DNA from: Hyphomicrobiales bacterium
Lineage (GTDB): Bacteria; Pseudomonadota; Alphaproteobacteria; Rhizobiales; Xanthobacteraceae
NCBI GenBank assembly: GCA_027307405.1
Contig: DAHUXA010000002.1
Coordinates: forward strand, 1-52,390
Length of the DNA: 52,390 bases
Reading direction: 5' to 3'
Shown: in pieces, positions 28,927 to 38,284 of the stretch
Layout of the letters: each line of letters opens with the position of its first letter
Numbering within the stretch: the first letter of the stretch is position 1
The notes under the pieces: model-generated
Databases searched by the model: none
Seen by the model: the letters and a program-made list of their open reading frames with translations, nothing else
Told to the model about the DNA's origin: nothing
Made by a program: the position numbers and the translations under genes

Positions 28927-30549
28927 ATGCCGTTACTGCCTCGCGTCAAGGATTACGACTCTCTCTATCGCCAATTTCGCTGGCAGGTGCCGGTCCGTTA
29001 CAATATCGGCGTCGATGTCTGCGACCGCTGGGCGGCAAATGAGCCTGATCGCCTTGCTATCCTGCACGCACGCGCGGATGGGCGCGACGAATACATCACC
29101 TACGGCTGGCTGCGTGAAACGTCCAACCGGCTCGCAAATGTGCTGCGCGCGCGGGGGACCGCGCGTGGCGATCGCGTTGCGATTCTGCTGCCGCAGTCGC
29201 CCGAAGTCGCTGCCATCCACATCGCGATCTATAAACTTGGCGCTGTGGCTCTGCCGCTGGCGGTGCTGTTCGGTACTGATGCGCTGTCTTATCGGCTGCA
29301 GAATTCCGGCGCTGCTGCGCTGATCACCAATGCGCGCGGTGCAGAACGCATCGCCGAGATCAGCAAAGATCTGCCTGCGCTCAAGGTGCTTTTGTCTCTC
29401 GACGGCGCCGGCAATGGCGCGCTCGGATTTTCTGATGAATTGGCGCGTGCGTCGTCGCAATTCACGCCGGTGGATACCTCCGCTGACGATCCGGCGATGA
29501 TGGTCTACACCTCCGGCACCACCGGCCAGCCGAAGGGCGCTTTGCACGGCCACCGCGTGCTCATTGGCCATTTTCCCGGTGTTGAAACGCATCACGATTT
29601 CTTCCCGCAACCAGGCGACCGCATCTGGACGCCGGCAGATTGGGCCTGGGCGGGCGGCTTGCTCAATGTTTTATTGCCGGGCCTGCACTATGGCGTCCCG
29701 GTTGTGGCACGGCGCTTTGAGAAATTCGATCCGGAGGAAGCCTTCGCGCTGATCGCGCGCGCGCAAATCCGCAATGCCTTCATCCCGCCGACCGCGTTGC
29801 GCATGTTGCGCGCCGCGCCGAATCCAAAAGGTCGCTATGCCATCAATATGCGTTCAATCGGCTCCGGTGGGGAATCGCTTGGCGCCGAAACCTACGAATG
29901 GGGTAAATCGGCCTTCGGTCTGGTGATCAACGAATTCTACGGCCAAACCGAATGCAACATCGTGCTCTCGGCTTGCAGCGCGATCGGCGTGTCAAAGCCG
30001 AGTGCAATCGGCAAGCCGGTCGCCGGCCACACCGTCGCAATCATCGACGCGGCCGGAAATCCGCTGAACGTAGGGGAACCGGGCCAGATCGCTGTCAAAC
30101 GCCCAGATCCCGTGATGTTCCTGGAATACTGGGGCAAGCCGGAGGCCACGCGCGACAAGTTCATCGGCGAGTGGATGACCACCGGCGATCAGGGCGTGAT
30201 GGACGAAGAGGGTTATGTCAGTTTCGTCGGGCGCGATGACGACGTCATCACGTCAGCCGGCTTCCGCATCGGGCCGGGCGAGATCGAAGACTGTCTCATC
30301 CGTCATCCCGCCGTGGCTCTCGCCGCGGCGGTTGGCAAGCCCGACGCGCTGCGCACAGAAATCGTCAAAGCCTTCATTGTGCTCAAGAAAGGCTACGCTG
30401 CGTCCGACGCGCTGGCGTCCGAGATCCAGGGCTTCGTCAAAACGCGATTGTCGGCGCACGAATATCCGCGCGAGGTCGCGTTCATCGAGGACATGCCGAT
30501 GACAACGACGGGCAAGGTCATCAGGCGCTTGTTGCGCGACCGGGCCTGA
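28927..30549 (+). CDS. Acyl-CoA synthetase (AMP-forming, short/medium-chain type)
   Basis: YTSGTTGQPKG, EFYGQTE, TGD, GRDDDVI, PMTTTGKVIR. Confidence 0.92.
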   Translation: MPLLPRVKDYDSLYRQFRWQVPVRYNIGVDVCDRWAANEPDRLAILHARADGRDEYITYGWLRETSNRLANVLRARGTARGDRVAILLPQSPEVAAIHIAIYKLGAVALPLAVLFGTDALSYRLQNSGAAALITNARGAERIAEISKDLPALKVLLSLDGAGNGALGFSDELARASSQFTPVDTSADDPAMMVYTSGTTGQPKGALHGHRVLIGHFPGVETHHDFFPQPGDRIWTPADWAWAGGLLNVLLPGLHYGVPVVARRFEKFDPEEAFALIARAQIRNAFIPPTALRMLRAAPNPKGRYAINMRSIGSGGESLGAETYEWGKSAFGLVINEFYGQTECNIVLSACSAIGVSKPSAIGKPVAGHTVAIIDAAGNPLNVGEPGQIAVKRPDPVMFLEYWGKPEATRDKFIGEWMTTGDQGVMDEEGYVSFVGRDDDVITSAGFRIGPGEIEDCLIRHPAVALAAAVGKPDALRTEIVKAFIVLKKGYAASDALASEIQGFVKTRLSAHEYPREVAFIEDMPMTTTGKVIRRLLRDRA

Positions 30550-30577
30550 TACTGGCGCGATTGGTCCAGCCGCAAGC

Positions 30578-31459
30578 TCAGCCCAGCTTTGCGACGTCGG
30601 CAAGGATGCTTTCGACTGCCTCGCGCTCGGCAGGCCCGAGTGCGCCCTGGGGCGGGACGGGTTCGCCGACCGCGTAGCCCTGGATCTGCAATCCGGCCTT
30701 GATGCACGCCGCAAGGTTGAATCGTGCGAACGCCTCATTGATGCGCCAGAGGTCGCGCTGCAGCCTCATCGCCTCCGGCCATTTCCCCGCACGACACAGA
30801 TCATAGAGCTGGACACTCTGGCGCGGCACGATGCAGGCAGGGCCCGCCATCCAACCGACACCGCCGATCAGCATCACCGCCGCGGGAATGTGCGCCGAGG
30901 CCGAAAAGACCTTCATGCGCGGCGTACGGTTCATGATCGACAGCAGGCGGCCGGTGTTGGTCGATGCATCCTTGATGTACTGGATGCGCGGGTGCTCCGA
31001 GAGACGCGCGATGACATCGAGCGAAAGGTCGCTGCGCTGGAATTGCGGATTGGTGTAGAGCGCAACCGGAATGTCGACGGCGTCTGCGATTGCGCGAAAG
31101 TAGGATTCGATCTGCGCGTCCTTTAGCGGGAAGTACGCTTCCAAAATGGCCAGGATGCCGTCGGCGCCGAGCTTTTGATAGGTCTTTGCCTGTTCGATTG
31201 CATCCGCCGTAACGGTTGACGCGACACCGGCGATCACCGGCACTCGTTTTCCAGCCGCTTCAACCGTCGCGCGGACGACCGCTTCACGCTGCGCGCGATT
31301 GAGATAGGCAAATTCACCCGTCGAGCCCAGCGGCGTCAGGCCGTGCACGCCCGCTTTAATCAGATCGGACGCGAGCTTGCCGAGCACGTCAGTGAGGATT
31401 TTCCCTTGTGCGTCGATGGGCGAGACGAGATAGGGAAATACGCCGTGGAAGTTGCTCAT
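30578..31459 (-). CDS. Dihydrodipicolinate synthase / N-acetylneuraminate lyase family aldolase
   Basis: GSTGEF, LYTNP, IKDAS Schiff-base Lys. Substrate unknown. Confidence 0.87.
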   Translation of the reverse strand: MSNFHGVFPYLVSPIDAQGKILTDVLGKLASDLIKAGVHGLTPLGSTGEFAYLNRAQREAVVRATVEAAGKRVPVIAGVASTVTADAIEQAKTYQKLGADGILAILEAYFPLKDAQIESYFRAIADAVDIPVALYTNPQFQRSDLSLDVIARLSEHPRIQYIKDASTNTGRLLSIMNRTPRMKVFSASAHIPAAVMLIGGVGWMAGPACIVPRQSVQLYDLCRAGKWPEAMRLQRDLWRINEAFARFNLAACIKAGLQIQGYAVGEPVPPQGALGPAEREAVESILADVAKLG

Positions 31460-31466
31460 GCGTTAC

Positions 31467-32522
31467 CTAAAAGACCCACATTGCCTCGGGCGGAAACTCG
31501 ACATAGTGCTCGCCCGGCTCGAGCGGCGCTGAGGCATAGGCGCGCACACTCAAATTCTCGCGTGCGAACACGAGCTCCCATCGCTCGCCAAGATACATTG
31601 GCGCCTTGAGCTCCATTTTCAGGCGATTGGGACCCGGGTTCGAGGTACAGCGGACGCGTTCGATGCGGATGATGCCCGTTGCCTTTCCACCTGACGCTAC
31701 TTTGGTGCGCGCGATGCCGGTGAGGCGCTCACCGAACAATTCGATCGTCGCGCGTCCGCCCGAATTTTCCACCAATTTGCCGTCAAGCCGGTCGTTGCTG
31801 CCCATGAATTCCGCCGCAAACAACGTCGCGGGCTCATTATAAAGTGCGGTCGGTGCGCCTTCCTGCGCGACGACGCCGGCATCGAGCAGCACAATGCGAT
31901 CGGCAATAGCCATTGCTTCCACCTGATCGTGGGTGACGTGAATGGCGGAGAGGCCGAGTGTGACGATCAGCGTACGCAGCCAGGCGCGCGCTTCCTCGCG
32001 AAGCTTGGCATCGAGATTGGACAAGGGCTCATCGAGCAGGATCACCGGCGGCTCATAAACAAGCGCGCGCGCGATGGCGACACGCTGTTGCTGCCCACCC
32101 GACAATTGATGCGGATAGCGCGCACCAAGATGGCCAAGTCCGATCTGCGACAAGGTCTTTTCGACCCGTGTCTTGATCTCCGCGGCGGATACCCCGCGCA
32201 GCTTCAGGCCATAGGCGACGTTGTCAAAAACGGTTCGGTGCGGCCACAGCGCATAGGACTGGAAGACAAGGCCCAGACCGCGTTCTTCCGCCGGCAATTC
32301 AACTTCGTGTGCGGCGTCGAAGAAGACACGGTCGCCGATGGCAATCGATCCGCTGTGGGGCGTCTCCAGCCCGGCAATGGCACGCAACAATGTGGTCTTG
32401 CCGCTGCCGGAAGGCCCAAGCAGCGCCACAACCTCGCCTGCCGGCACGGCGACCGAGACGCCCTTGAGGATTTCGTTGTCGCCCAGGCGAAGAGCGACGT
32501 CCTTGACGGTAAGGTCAGCCAT
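31467..32522 (-). CDS. ABC transporter ATP-binding protein (PotA/FbpC-like)
   Basis: GPSGSGKT, VFQSYALWPH, LSGGQQQR, LLDEP, VTHDQ. Confidence 0.92.
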   Translation of the reverse strand: MADLTVKDVALRLGDNEILKGVSVAVPAGEVVALLGPSGSGKTTLLRAIAGLETPHSGSIAIGDRVFFDAAHEVELPAEERGLGLVFQSYALWPHRTVFDNVAYGLKLRGVSAAEIKTRVEKTLSQIGLGHLGARYPHQLSGGQQQRVAIARALVYEPPVILLDEPLSNLDAKLREEARAWLRTLIVTLGLSAIHVTHDQVEAMAIADRIVLLDAGVVAQEGAPTALYNEPATLFAAEFMGSNDRLDGKLVENSGGRATIELFGERLTGIARTKVASGGKATGIIRIERVRCTSNPGPNRLKMELKAPMYLGERWELVFARENLSVRAYASAPLEPGEHYVEFPPEAMWVF

Positions 32523-34185
32523 GCAGGCGCACTCCAAGTCGAACAGCGACGGCAAGGCCGACGCCGATCATGAGCACATTAACGACGGACAACGCCGACA
32601 CCAGATCGATGGCGCCGGTGCCCCACAATGATACGAGAAGGGAGCCGATAACCTCTGTGCCTGGGCCAAGAAGATAGATGCCAGTCGAGTATTCACGCAC
32701 AAAGATCAGAAAGATCAAAAGCCAGCTCGCCAGCATGCCATATCTGATCAGCGGCACGGTGACGTCGCGTTTCACGCGCAGATCGTTGGCGCCGGCGGTG
32801 CGTGCGGCTTCTTCCAGTTCCGGAGCCACCTGAAGCAGCGTGCCGGACACCAGCCGCATCCCGTAAGCGAGCCAGACAATCGTGTAGGCGAGCCAGATCG
32901 AGACCATCGTCGATTTCAGCGGCGACAGGAACGGCACAAAGAGAAACACCCACAACAGCGCGCGACCGGCAACAAGACCGGGCATGGCGCGCGGCACCAT
33001 CACGAGGTAATCGACAAGCCTGGTCCAGCCTGAATTCCAGCGATGCACCGCGAGCGCAATCGCGGTGTACCACGCGACGGCCACCGCACCGCCGATCACG
33101 CCGATGCCAAGCGTGTTGAGGATGCCGCGAATGACATTCGGATATTCGGTCAGTTCGCGATAGTGATCGAGCGTGAGTACATCAAGCAACTTCACGCCTT
33201 CGCCCCAGGTCACCACGAAGGAGCGGAGCGTGATTCCGAACAACGGCACCACGACGGTGACAAAGAGCCACAGCATGATTGCGCCGAAGGCAAACCAGCG
33301 CCAGCCATGGAGACGCAGCGGTTGCGTCTTGAGGCCCTTGCCGCGCACCGAAACGTAGCGCTGCGCCTGACGAAGCAGCAGGCGCTGCATGAACACGAGC
33401 GGCGCGGTGATGGCGATGATCGCGACCACGACCACGGCCATCAGCTGGTAGGACGGCACCCCCAGCTTGTTGGTGAGCTTGTACAGGTAGGTCGACAGCA
33501 CGAGCACGTCCTGCGGATCGCCAAGGACCAACGGCAATCCGAACAGCTCAAAGCCAAGGAAAAACACCAGCACGCCGGCAAACAAAATTGCCGGCAGGAT
33601 CATCGGCAGACTGACATTGACGGCGACACGAAACGGATTGGCGCCGGAAACGCGCGCGGCTTCTTCGAGATCGGTGCTCAGGCCACGCAAGGCTGCGGCA
33701 CTGTAGAGATAGACATGCGGTACATGCGTCAGGCCGGCGATCACGATGAGTGCCAGCAGCGAATACAGGTTCCACGGCACGAAGCCGAGGATGTCCTTGG
33801 CGAGCGTCGAGAAAATTCCGACCGGGCCGATTGCGACCACATAACCGAACGCAATCACTACTGCTGAAACGAAGATCGGGATCAGTATCAGTGGTTCAAG
33901 ATATTCCCGTCCCGGGACGTCGGTACGCACCATCAGGAAAGCGAGGAGCGCGCCGAGGGGCACGGCGATTGCAGCCATGCCGCCGGCAATCGTGATGGTT
34001 GTCCAGAATGCCTGCCAGAAATCAGGATCTGCAAAAACAAAGGAATAGGCGAGGAACCCCGCCTGCGCCGAAGGATCAAAAAATGGTGCGGTGAGGAAGC
34101 TTTGGTAAATTACAAGCGATAGCGGCGCCAACACGGCCAGTGTGGTGACGCCGATCACGAGCAAGCGGTACACGACAATGGGCAT
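32515..34185 (-). CDS. ABC transporter permease (FbpB-like, two fused TM domains)
   Basis: Two EAA loops (LEEAARVSGA, LEEAARTAGA). Start uncertain; the frame is open to 34254. Confidence 0.88.
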   Translation of the reverse strand: MPIVVYRLLVIGVTTLAVLAPLSLVIYQSFLTAPFFDPSAQAGFLAYSFVFADPDFWQAFWTTITIAGGMAAIAVPLGALLAFLMVRTDVPGREYLEPLILIPIFVSAVVIAFGYVVAIGPVGIFSTLAKDILGFVPWNLYSLLALIVIAGLTHVPHVYLYSAAALRGLSTDLEEAARVSGANPFRVAVNVSLPMILPAILFAGVLVFFLGFELFGLPLVLGDPQDVLVLSTYLYKLTNKLGVPSYQLMAVVVVAIIAITAPLVFMQRLLLRQAQRYVSVRGKGLKTQPLRLHGWRWFAFGAIMLWLFVTVVVPLFGITLRSFVVTWGEGVKLLDVLTLDHYRELTEYPNVIRGILNTLGIGVIGGAVAVAWYTAIALAVHRWNSGWTRLVDYLVMVPRAMPGLVAGRALLWVFLFVPFLSPLKSTMVSIWLAYTIVWLAYGMRLVSGTLLQVAPELEEAARTAGANDLRVKRDVTVPLIRYGMLASWLLIFLIFVREYSTGIYLLGPGTEVIGSLLVSLWGTGAIDLVSALSVVNVLMIGVGLAVAVRLGVRLHG

Positions 34186-34226
34186 GCGCGCCCTTGGTTC
34201 GCCGCGCCCAAATGGGGCAGGGATGC

Positions 34227-35321
34227 TTACTGTCCCTTCTTCGCCTGCTGCCACTTCGACAGAAAAGCGAGCCGTTTAGCCTGATCGAGATTTTCCAGCA
34301 GCGTCTGGTCAATTGCCACCGGGCGCGCCTTGTCGCCAATCAGCTGGGTGACGCCCTTGATCGTCGCCTCGCCCTCGACGTCGGCGCGCAGTGAATAGAG
34401 ATCGGCCTTGTTGGCGATGATCTCCTGACCGCGCTTCGACAACATGTAGTCGAGGAAGAGTTTGCCGGCGTTCGGGTTCTTGGCTTTCTTGGAGATGAAA
34501 GCGACGCGCGACGTCACCATCGTATAGTCGTTCGGCAGGATGATCCCGAGGTTGGGGTCTTTCTTGGAGCGCCCGAGCGCGTAGGAGCCGAAGATGCCGT
34601 AGGCAATCAGATGTTCGCCGGAGGTGACGCGCTCCATCATTGCGCCGGCGCTGGTGTAAAGTTTTGCCTGTGCCTTGCCCATGGCTTTGAAAAGATCCCA
34701 GGCCTGCGGGAAATCCTTGATGTCTTCGTTGCAGAAGAGGTAGCCGACGCCGGAACGCTCCGGATCGTATGCCGTGATCTTGCCTTTGTAGAAATCGGTC
34801 TTGGCGTCGAGGAGCTTCAGCAGAGCGGTGTGATTTTTTGGCACGTCGCCTTCCGGCACGAGGCGCTTGTTATACACAAAAGCGATCGGCTCATAGGTCG
34901 TGCCGTAAGCGGAGTCTTTCCACACGGCCCACTTCGGCAAAGACTTGATTTCGGGCGACGCATAAGTCGCGGCCTGTCCGTCGGCAACCAGCTTCACTTG
35001 CAGGTCCATGGCCGATGACCACAGCACGTCGGCGGTGCCGTTGTTCGCCGCCGCTTCCGCGATGAAGCGGTTGTACAGCTCGGTGGAATTGAGATCGGAA
35101 TATTCGACCGTGATGCCGGGATAGAGCGCCTCGAAGTCCTTGATCAAAGGGTTCGCGGCGACCGCATCGGTGGTCGCATAGATCACCACCTTGCCCTCTT
35201 TCTTGGCGGCATCGACGATCTGGGCGTAGTCGGCCGGATAGCCTTGCGGCACCTGCGCCTGCGCGCCGGTCCCCAAAGCCAGCGCGATTGCGATGAAAGC
35301 CGAGGATAGTACGTGTCGCAT
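34227..35321 (-). CDS. ABC transporter substrate-binding protein (Fe3+/AEP/organic-acid type)
   Basis: Signal peptide; AAKKEGKVVIY, AKNPNAGKLFLDYMLSKRGQ. Heads the permease and ATPase genes. Confidence 0.87.
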   Translation of the reverse strand: MRHVLSSAFIAIALALGTGAQAQVPQGYPADYAQIVDAAKKEGKVVIYATTDAVAANPLIKDFEALYPGITVEYSDLNSTELYNRFIAEAAANNGTADVLWSSAMDLQVKLVADGQAATYASPEIKSLPKWAVWKDSAYGTTYEPIAFVYNKRLVPEGDVPKNHTALLKLLDAKTDFYKGKITAYDPERSGVGYLFCNEDIKDFPQAWDLFKAMGKAQAKLYTSAGAMMERVTSGEHLIAYGIFGSYALGRSKKDPNLGIILPNDYTMVTSRVAFISKKAKNPNAGKLFLDYMLSKRGQEIIANKADLYSLRADVEGEATIKGVTQLIGDKARPVAIDQTLLENLDQAKRLAFLSKWQQAKKGQ

Positions 35322-35415
35322 GGGAACTCCCTGGTGACGTTTTCTCGGCGTCTGCCCCGTGACGCCATTTCCCGGATGCTACTCCAGCACTTCCGCGCCC
35401 GCATAGGGGCCTGCC

Positions 35416-35449
35416 AAAACGAAAGCCCCCGTCTCACGTAGACGGGGGC
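35416..35449 (-). terminator. Rho-independent terminator
   Basis: 10-bp stem GCCCCCGTCT/AGACGGGGGC with 5-nt loop, then TTTCGTTTT on the minus strand, just after the stop at 35473. Confidence 0.8.
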
Positions 35450-35472
35450 CGTTCGCCAGTTGTACGCAGCGC

Positions 35473-37620
35473 TCAGTGCGCCAGCGGGTCGGGACGAACC
35501 TGGATATGGACGGCGCGCGGGCTCGAACCCTTGCCGGTTTCCATCAGCCACGGCGTGCGATCGCCATTGGTGCTCCACAGGCCGCGGCCTTTCCAGCCGG
35601 CATTCGGATCGTCGATGCGAGCGTCGAGACCCTTGGCATAGAAGCCCATGGGGTACGGAATGCGCAGCATGACCATCTTGCCGTTTTTCAACGCGACGAA
35701 GCCGTCGTTGAGATTGGCGGTGGAGATCGGAATGTTCTCGCCAAGCCCAACCGCGTTGTGCTGGTCGACCCAGGTGTAATAGCTCGCTTCAACGCTTCTA
35801 TCCTCGAAGCCTTCGAAGCCGGGGCCGGGATATTTGTAGAATTTCCAGCCCTCGGGGCAGTGATTGCCGGTGGCGTTTGGACCGTTGAGAGGGCCCTTAC
35901 ATAGACTGCGGTCAAAGCTGACGAGATGTCCGCTCGACTCCGAACCCCACGCCACGCCGTTGGCGTCGATGTCACCGCCGCGGATTCCGATACCGGGCTT
36001 GGGCACCGCAAAAAACTCCGACAGCTGCGTCTTCGGATCAAACCGCATGAAGCCGGCCTGGCCACCGAACACACCGACCGTGTACCAGATCGAGCCGTCC
36101 TTCGGATGCGGCATCACAGCGTAGGGTCCTGAACCGCCGGTGATTCGCGTGTCCCTTCCGGCATCGGCCGGCTGGCCCGGCTCGGTATAGTCATCACGCT
36201 TGCCGTTGCCGTTGGTGTCGAGAATGAACGGCGTCCAGCCGATTGCTTTCTGCGCGTCGTGCGTTTCATCCCACACTTTTGTGTTGACCCAACCTGCGAC
36301 CGGGCCGGTGCCGGAGAGCCACAAGGTATTGTCGGCGTCGTAGCCGAACTGCGGGTGATGCGTGCCGAAACAGGTGTCGATGAATTCGTATTTCATCGTC
36401 TTCGGATCGAGCATCGCGACCTGACGTGGACTTTTGTCAAGCGGGAGTACCTTTGCGTACTGGTTGTCCGAACCTTTCTTGCACCAGTCCGGGTTGTCCA
36501 TGCCGCGCACCGTTGCCGCGAGCCAGATGCGGCCCTGCTTGTCGAACATGGAATTGTGATTGTTGGCGCGCGTGTCCCATAGAACTTCGCTGCCCCAATA
36601 TGGAGAATCCGCCGTCGGCTTGACCGCGCCGGCATGACCAGGCCCGAGCGACACCGGCATTTCGGGGTCGCGCACAGGCATCTTGAAGAACGAAACCTTG
36701 TTCGTCTTCGGATCGAGTATCGGCATGTTATCCGTCGAATATTCCGGTGAGCCGTACAGCGGCCCGTTTGCATTCACGGTCGGATTACGACGGTCGGACG
36801 AAATCAGATCGTGCAGATACTTGTCGGGTTTTGACCATTCCCACGATGTGATGACGATGTTGCGTTCCTCGCCCTCGGGCCGCGGGGGCTTGCTCTTTGG
36901 CAGCTCGCCCTTGGCGATGCGGTCGGTCCAGTCGCCGAAATATTTGTATGGCACGCCGCCGAATTGGCCGGCGATCCGGTTTGTCATCATCTCACCGGAT
37001 TGTCCGGACAGGATACGGCGTTGCCATGCCTCCGCACCTGACTCGAATTTGCCAAGCGCTGCGGGAATTGTACGCGTCGCTTCCTGACCGAGCTGATGGC
37101 AGCCGATGCAGTCGACATTGTTCATCTGGCGTAGCCAGTTGTCTTGCGTGATGTTCTTGGGAATGTCGGTTGAACCGCCAAAGTCGCTTGCCGGCGGAAT
37201 CTTCAGCAACGCATACCAGTAGGCCGCCGGATAATAGTGCGCGGCGGCCGCATCGCTCGGCGCAACTATTGCCGTGAGATTAAGAGTAGCGCCCGGCTTA
37301 GCGGACACTTTATTAGAGTCGATCAACCCATACCCGCGCACCCAAACACTGTAGTTTGCGGCCGGAAGATCGGGGATGAGGTAGCGGCCCTGGTCGTCGG
37401 TCACGACGATGCGGGCGAATTTCGTGGGTAAATCTGTCGTCTCGGCAATGACCCAGACGCCTGCTTCCGCGCCTTTCGAGCTGCTGACAACGCCGCCGAT
37501 GTCGGTGGCGCCGACATCCACACGCTGCTGCGCGTGCAGTCCGGGGGAGTACAGGAACGTCAGGACTGAAAGGAAAACAAACGCCAGCAAGCGCCGAAGC
37601 GCTTCAGCCAAATGCAACAT
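35473..37620 (-). CDS. Secreted protein: carboxypeptidase-regulatory-like domain + CxxCH heme motif + putative beta-propeller
   Basis: Signal peptide (LHA|QQ); IGGVV.S..G.EAGVWV, VVTDDQGRYLIPDLP..Y.VWVRGYG; CIGCH; D..G.IW-type blade repeats; DTNGNGKRD. Confidence 0.75.
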   Translation of the reverse strand: MLHLAEALRRLLAFVFLSVLTFLYSPGLHAQQRVDVGATDIGGVVSSSKGAEAGVWVIAETTDLPTKFARIVVTDDQGRYLIPDLPAANYSVWVRGYGLIDSNKVSAKPGATLNLTAIVAPSDAAAAHYYPAAYWYALLKIPPASDFGGSTDIPKNITQDNWLRQMNNVDCIGCHQLGQEATRTIPAALGKFESGAEAWQRRILSGQSGEMMTNRIAGQFGGVPYKYFGDWTDRIAKGELPKSKPPRPEGEERNIVITSWEWSKPDKYLHDLISSDRRNPTVNANGPLYGSPEYSTDNMPILDPKTNKVSFFKMPVRDPEMPVSLGPGHAGAVKPTADSPYWGSEVLWDTRANNHNSMFDKQGRIWLAATVRGMDNPDWCKKGSDNQYAKVLPLDKSPRQVAMLDPKTMKYEFIDTCFGTHHPQFGYDADNTLWLSGTGPVAGWVNTKVWDETHDAQKAIGWTPFILDTNGNGKRDDYTEPGQPADAGRDTRITGGSGPYAVMPHPKDGSIWYTVGVFGGQAGFMRFDPKTQLSEFFAVPKPGIGIRGGDIDANGVAWGSESSGHLVSFDRSLCKGPLNGPNATGNHCPEGWKFYKYPGPGFEGFEDRSVEASYYTWVDQHNAVGLGENIPISTANLNDGFVALKNGKMVMLRIPYPMGFYAKGLDARIDDPNAGWKGRGLWSTNGDRTPWLMETGKGSSPRAVHIQVRPDPLAH

Positions 37621-37652
37621 GGGTCGCCCTCCCTGGCACTGAAGCCGGCTAG

Positions 37653-37692
37653 CCACCGGCTTTTATTTGTACAAGCCTAACAAAGCCGGTGG
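37653..37692. promoter_or_regulatory. 11-bp perfect inverted repeat upstream of the heme protein gene
   Basis: CCACCGGCTTT-N18-AAAGCCGGTGG. Function unknown. Confidence 0.35.
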
Positions 37693-37728
37693 GCAGCGTC
37701 CTGCAATTTTTGTGTCGAGAATTTTTTT

Positions 37729-38272
37729 TCAGCCGGCGAAACCGCCGCCGTCCAGGAACGCTTGCTCTTCCGGGGTGGTGGTGCGGCCGAGCGCGGCATT
37801 GCGATGCGGGAACCGGCCGAAGCGCCGGATGATGTCCGCGTGAATTTCCGCCCATTTGAGGTTTTCGGCGTCGCCGATCGCCTTGTTGAGCGCGATGCAG
37901 CGTTCCTGATCGGCGAGGTCTTCCGAATGCTCGAACGGGAGGTAAAAGAAGCCGCGCAGTCCTTTCGGTACCTGGCTGTCGAAGCCGCGAACGATGGCAC
38001 CGGCTGTGATGGCGCGCGCCAGAGGGTCCGTTGCGAAGGCGCGTGCGTCGGCGCGGAACATATTGCGGGGGAACTGGTCGAGCAGAATCAGCAGGGCCAG
38101 CGCGCCTTGCGCGCTTTGCTCCCAGTCAGAAAGCTTCCCGGCGGCGGCCGCTTCGTAGGTGTCGAAGAATCGCTCGCGAATCTGCTTTGTCGAAGACATC
38201 GTCCTTGGTGAACCAGCGGTCCGGTCCCGCGGCTTGCCAAAACGTCACCACTTCAGCAGCGCTCGCGACCAT
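37729..38272 (-). pseudogene. DUF924 family protein with a +1 frameshift
   Basis: 5' frame reads MVASAAEVVTFWQAAGPDRWFTKDDVFD; 3' frame reads KQIRERF..LLDQFPRNMFR..FFYLPFEHSE..FGRFPHRN..LGR. Span is 544 nt (3n+1); an extra A lies in GACAAAGCAG at 38186-38188. Confidence 0.8.
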
Positions 38273-38284
38273 CGGCATTCCAGG

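Noticed and set aside
30578-31459. Calling this gene dapA
   Set aside because: Only family-level motifs are seen and the context is not lysine biosynthesis.
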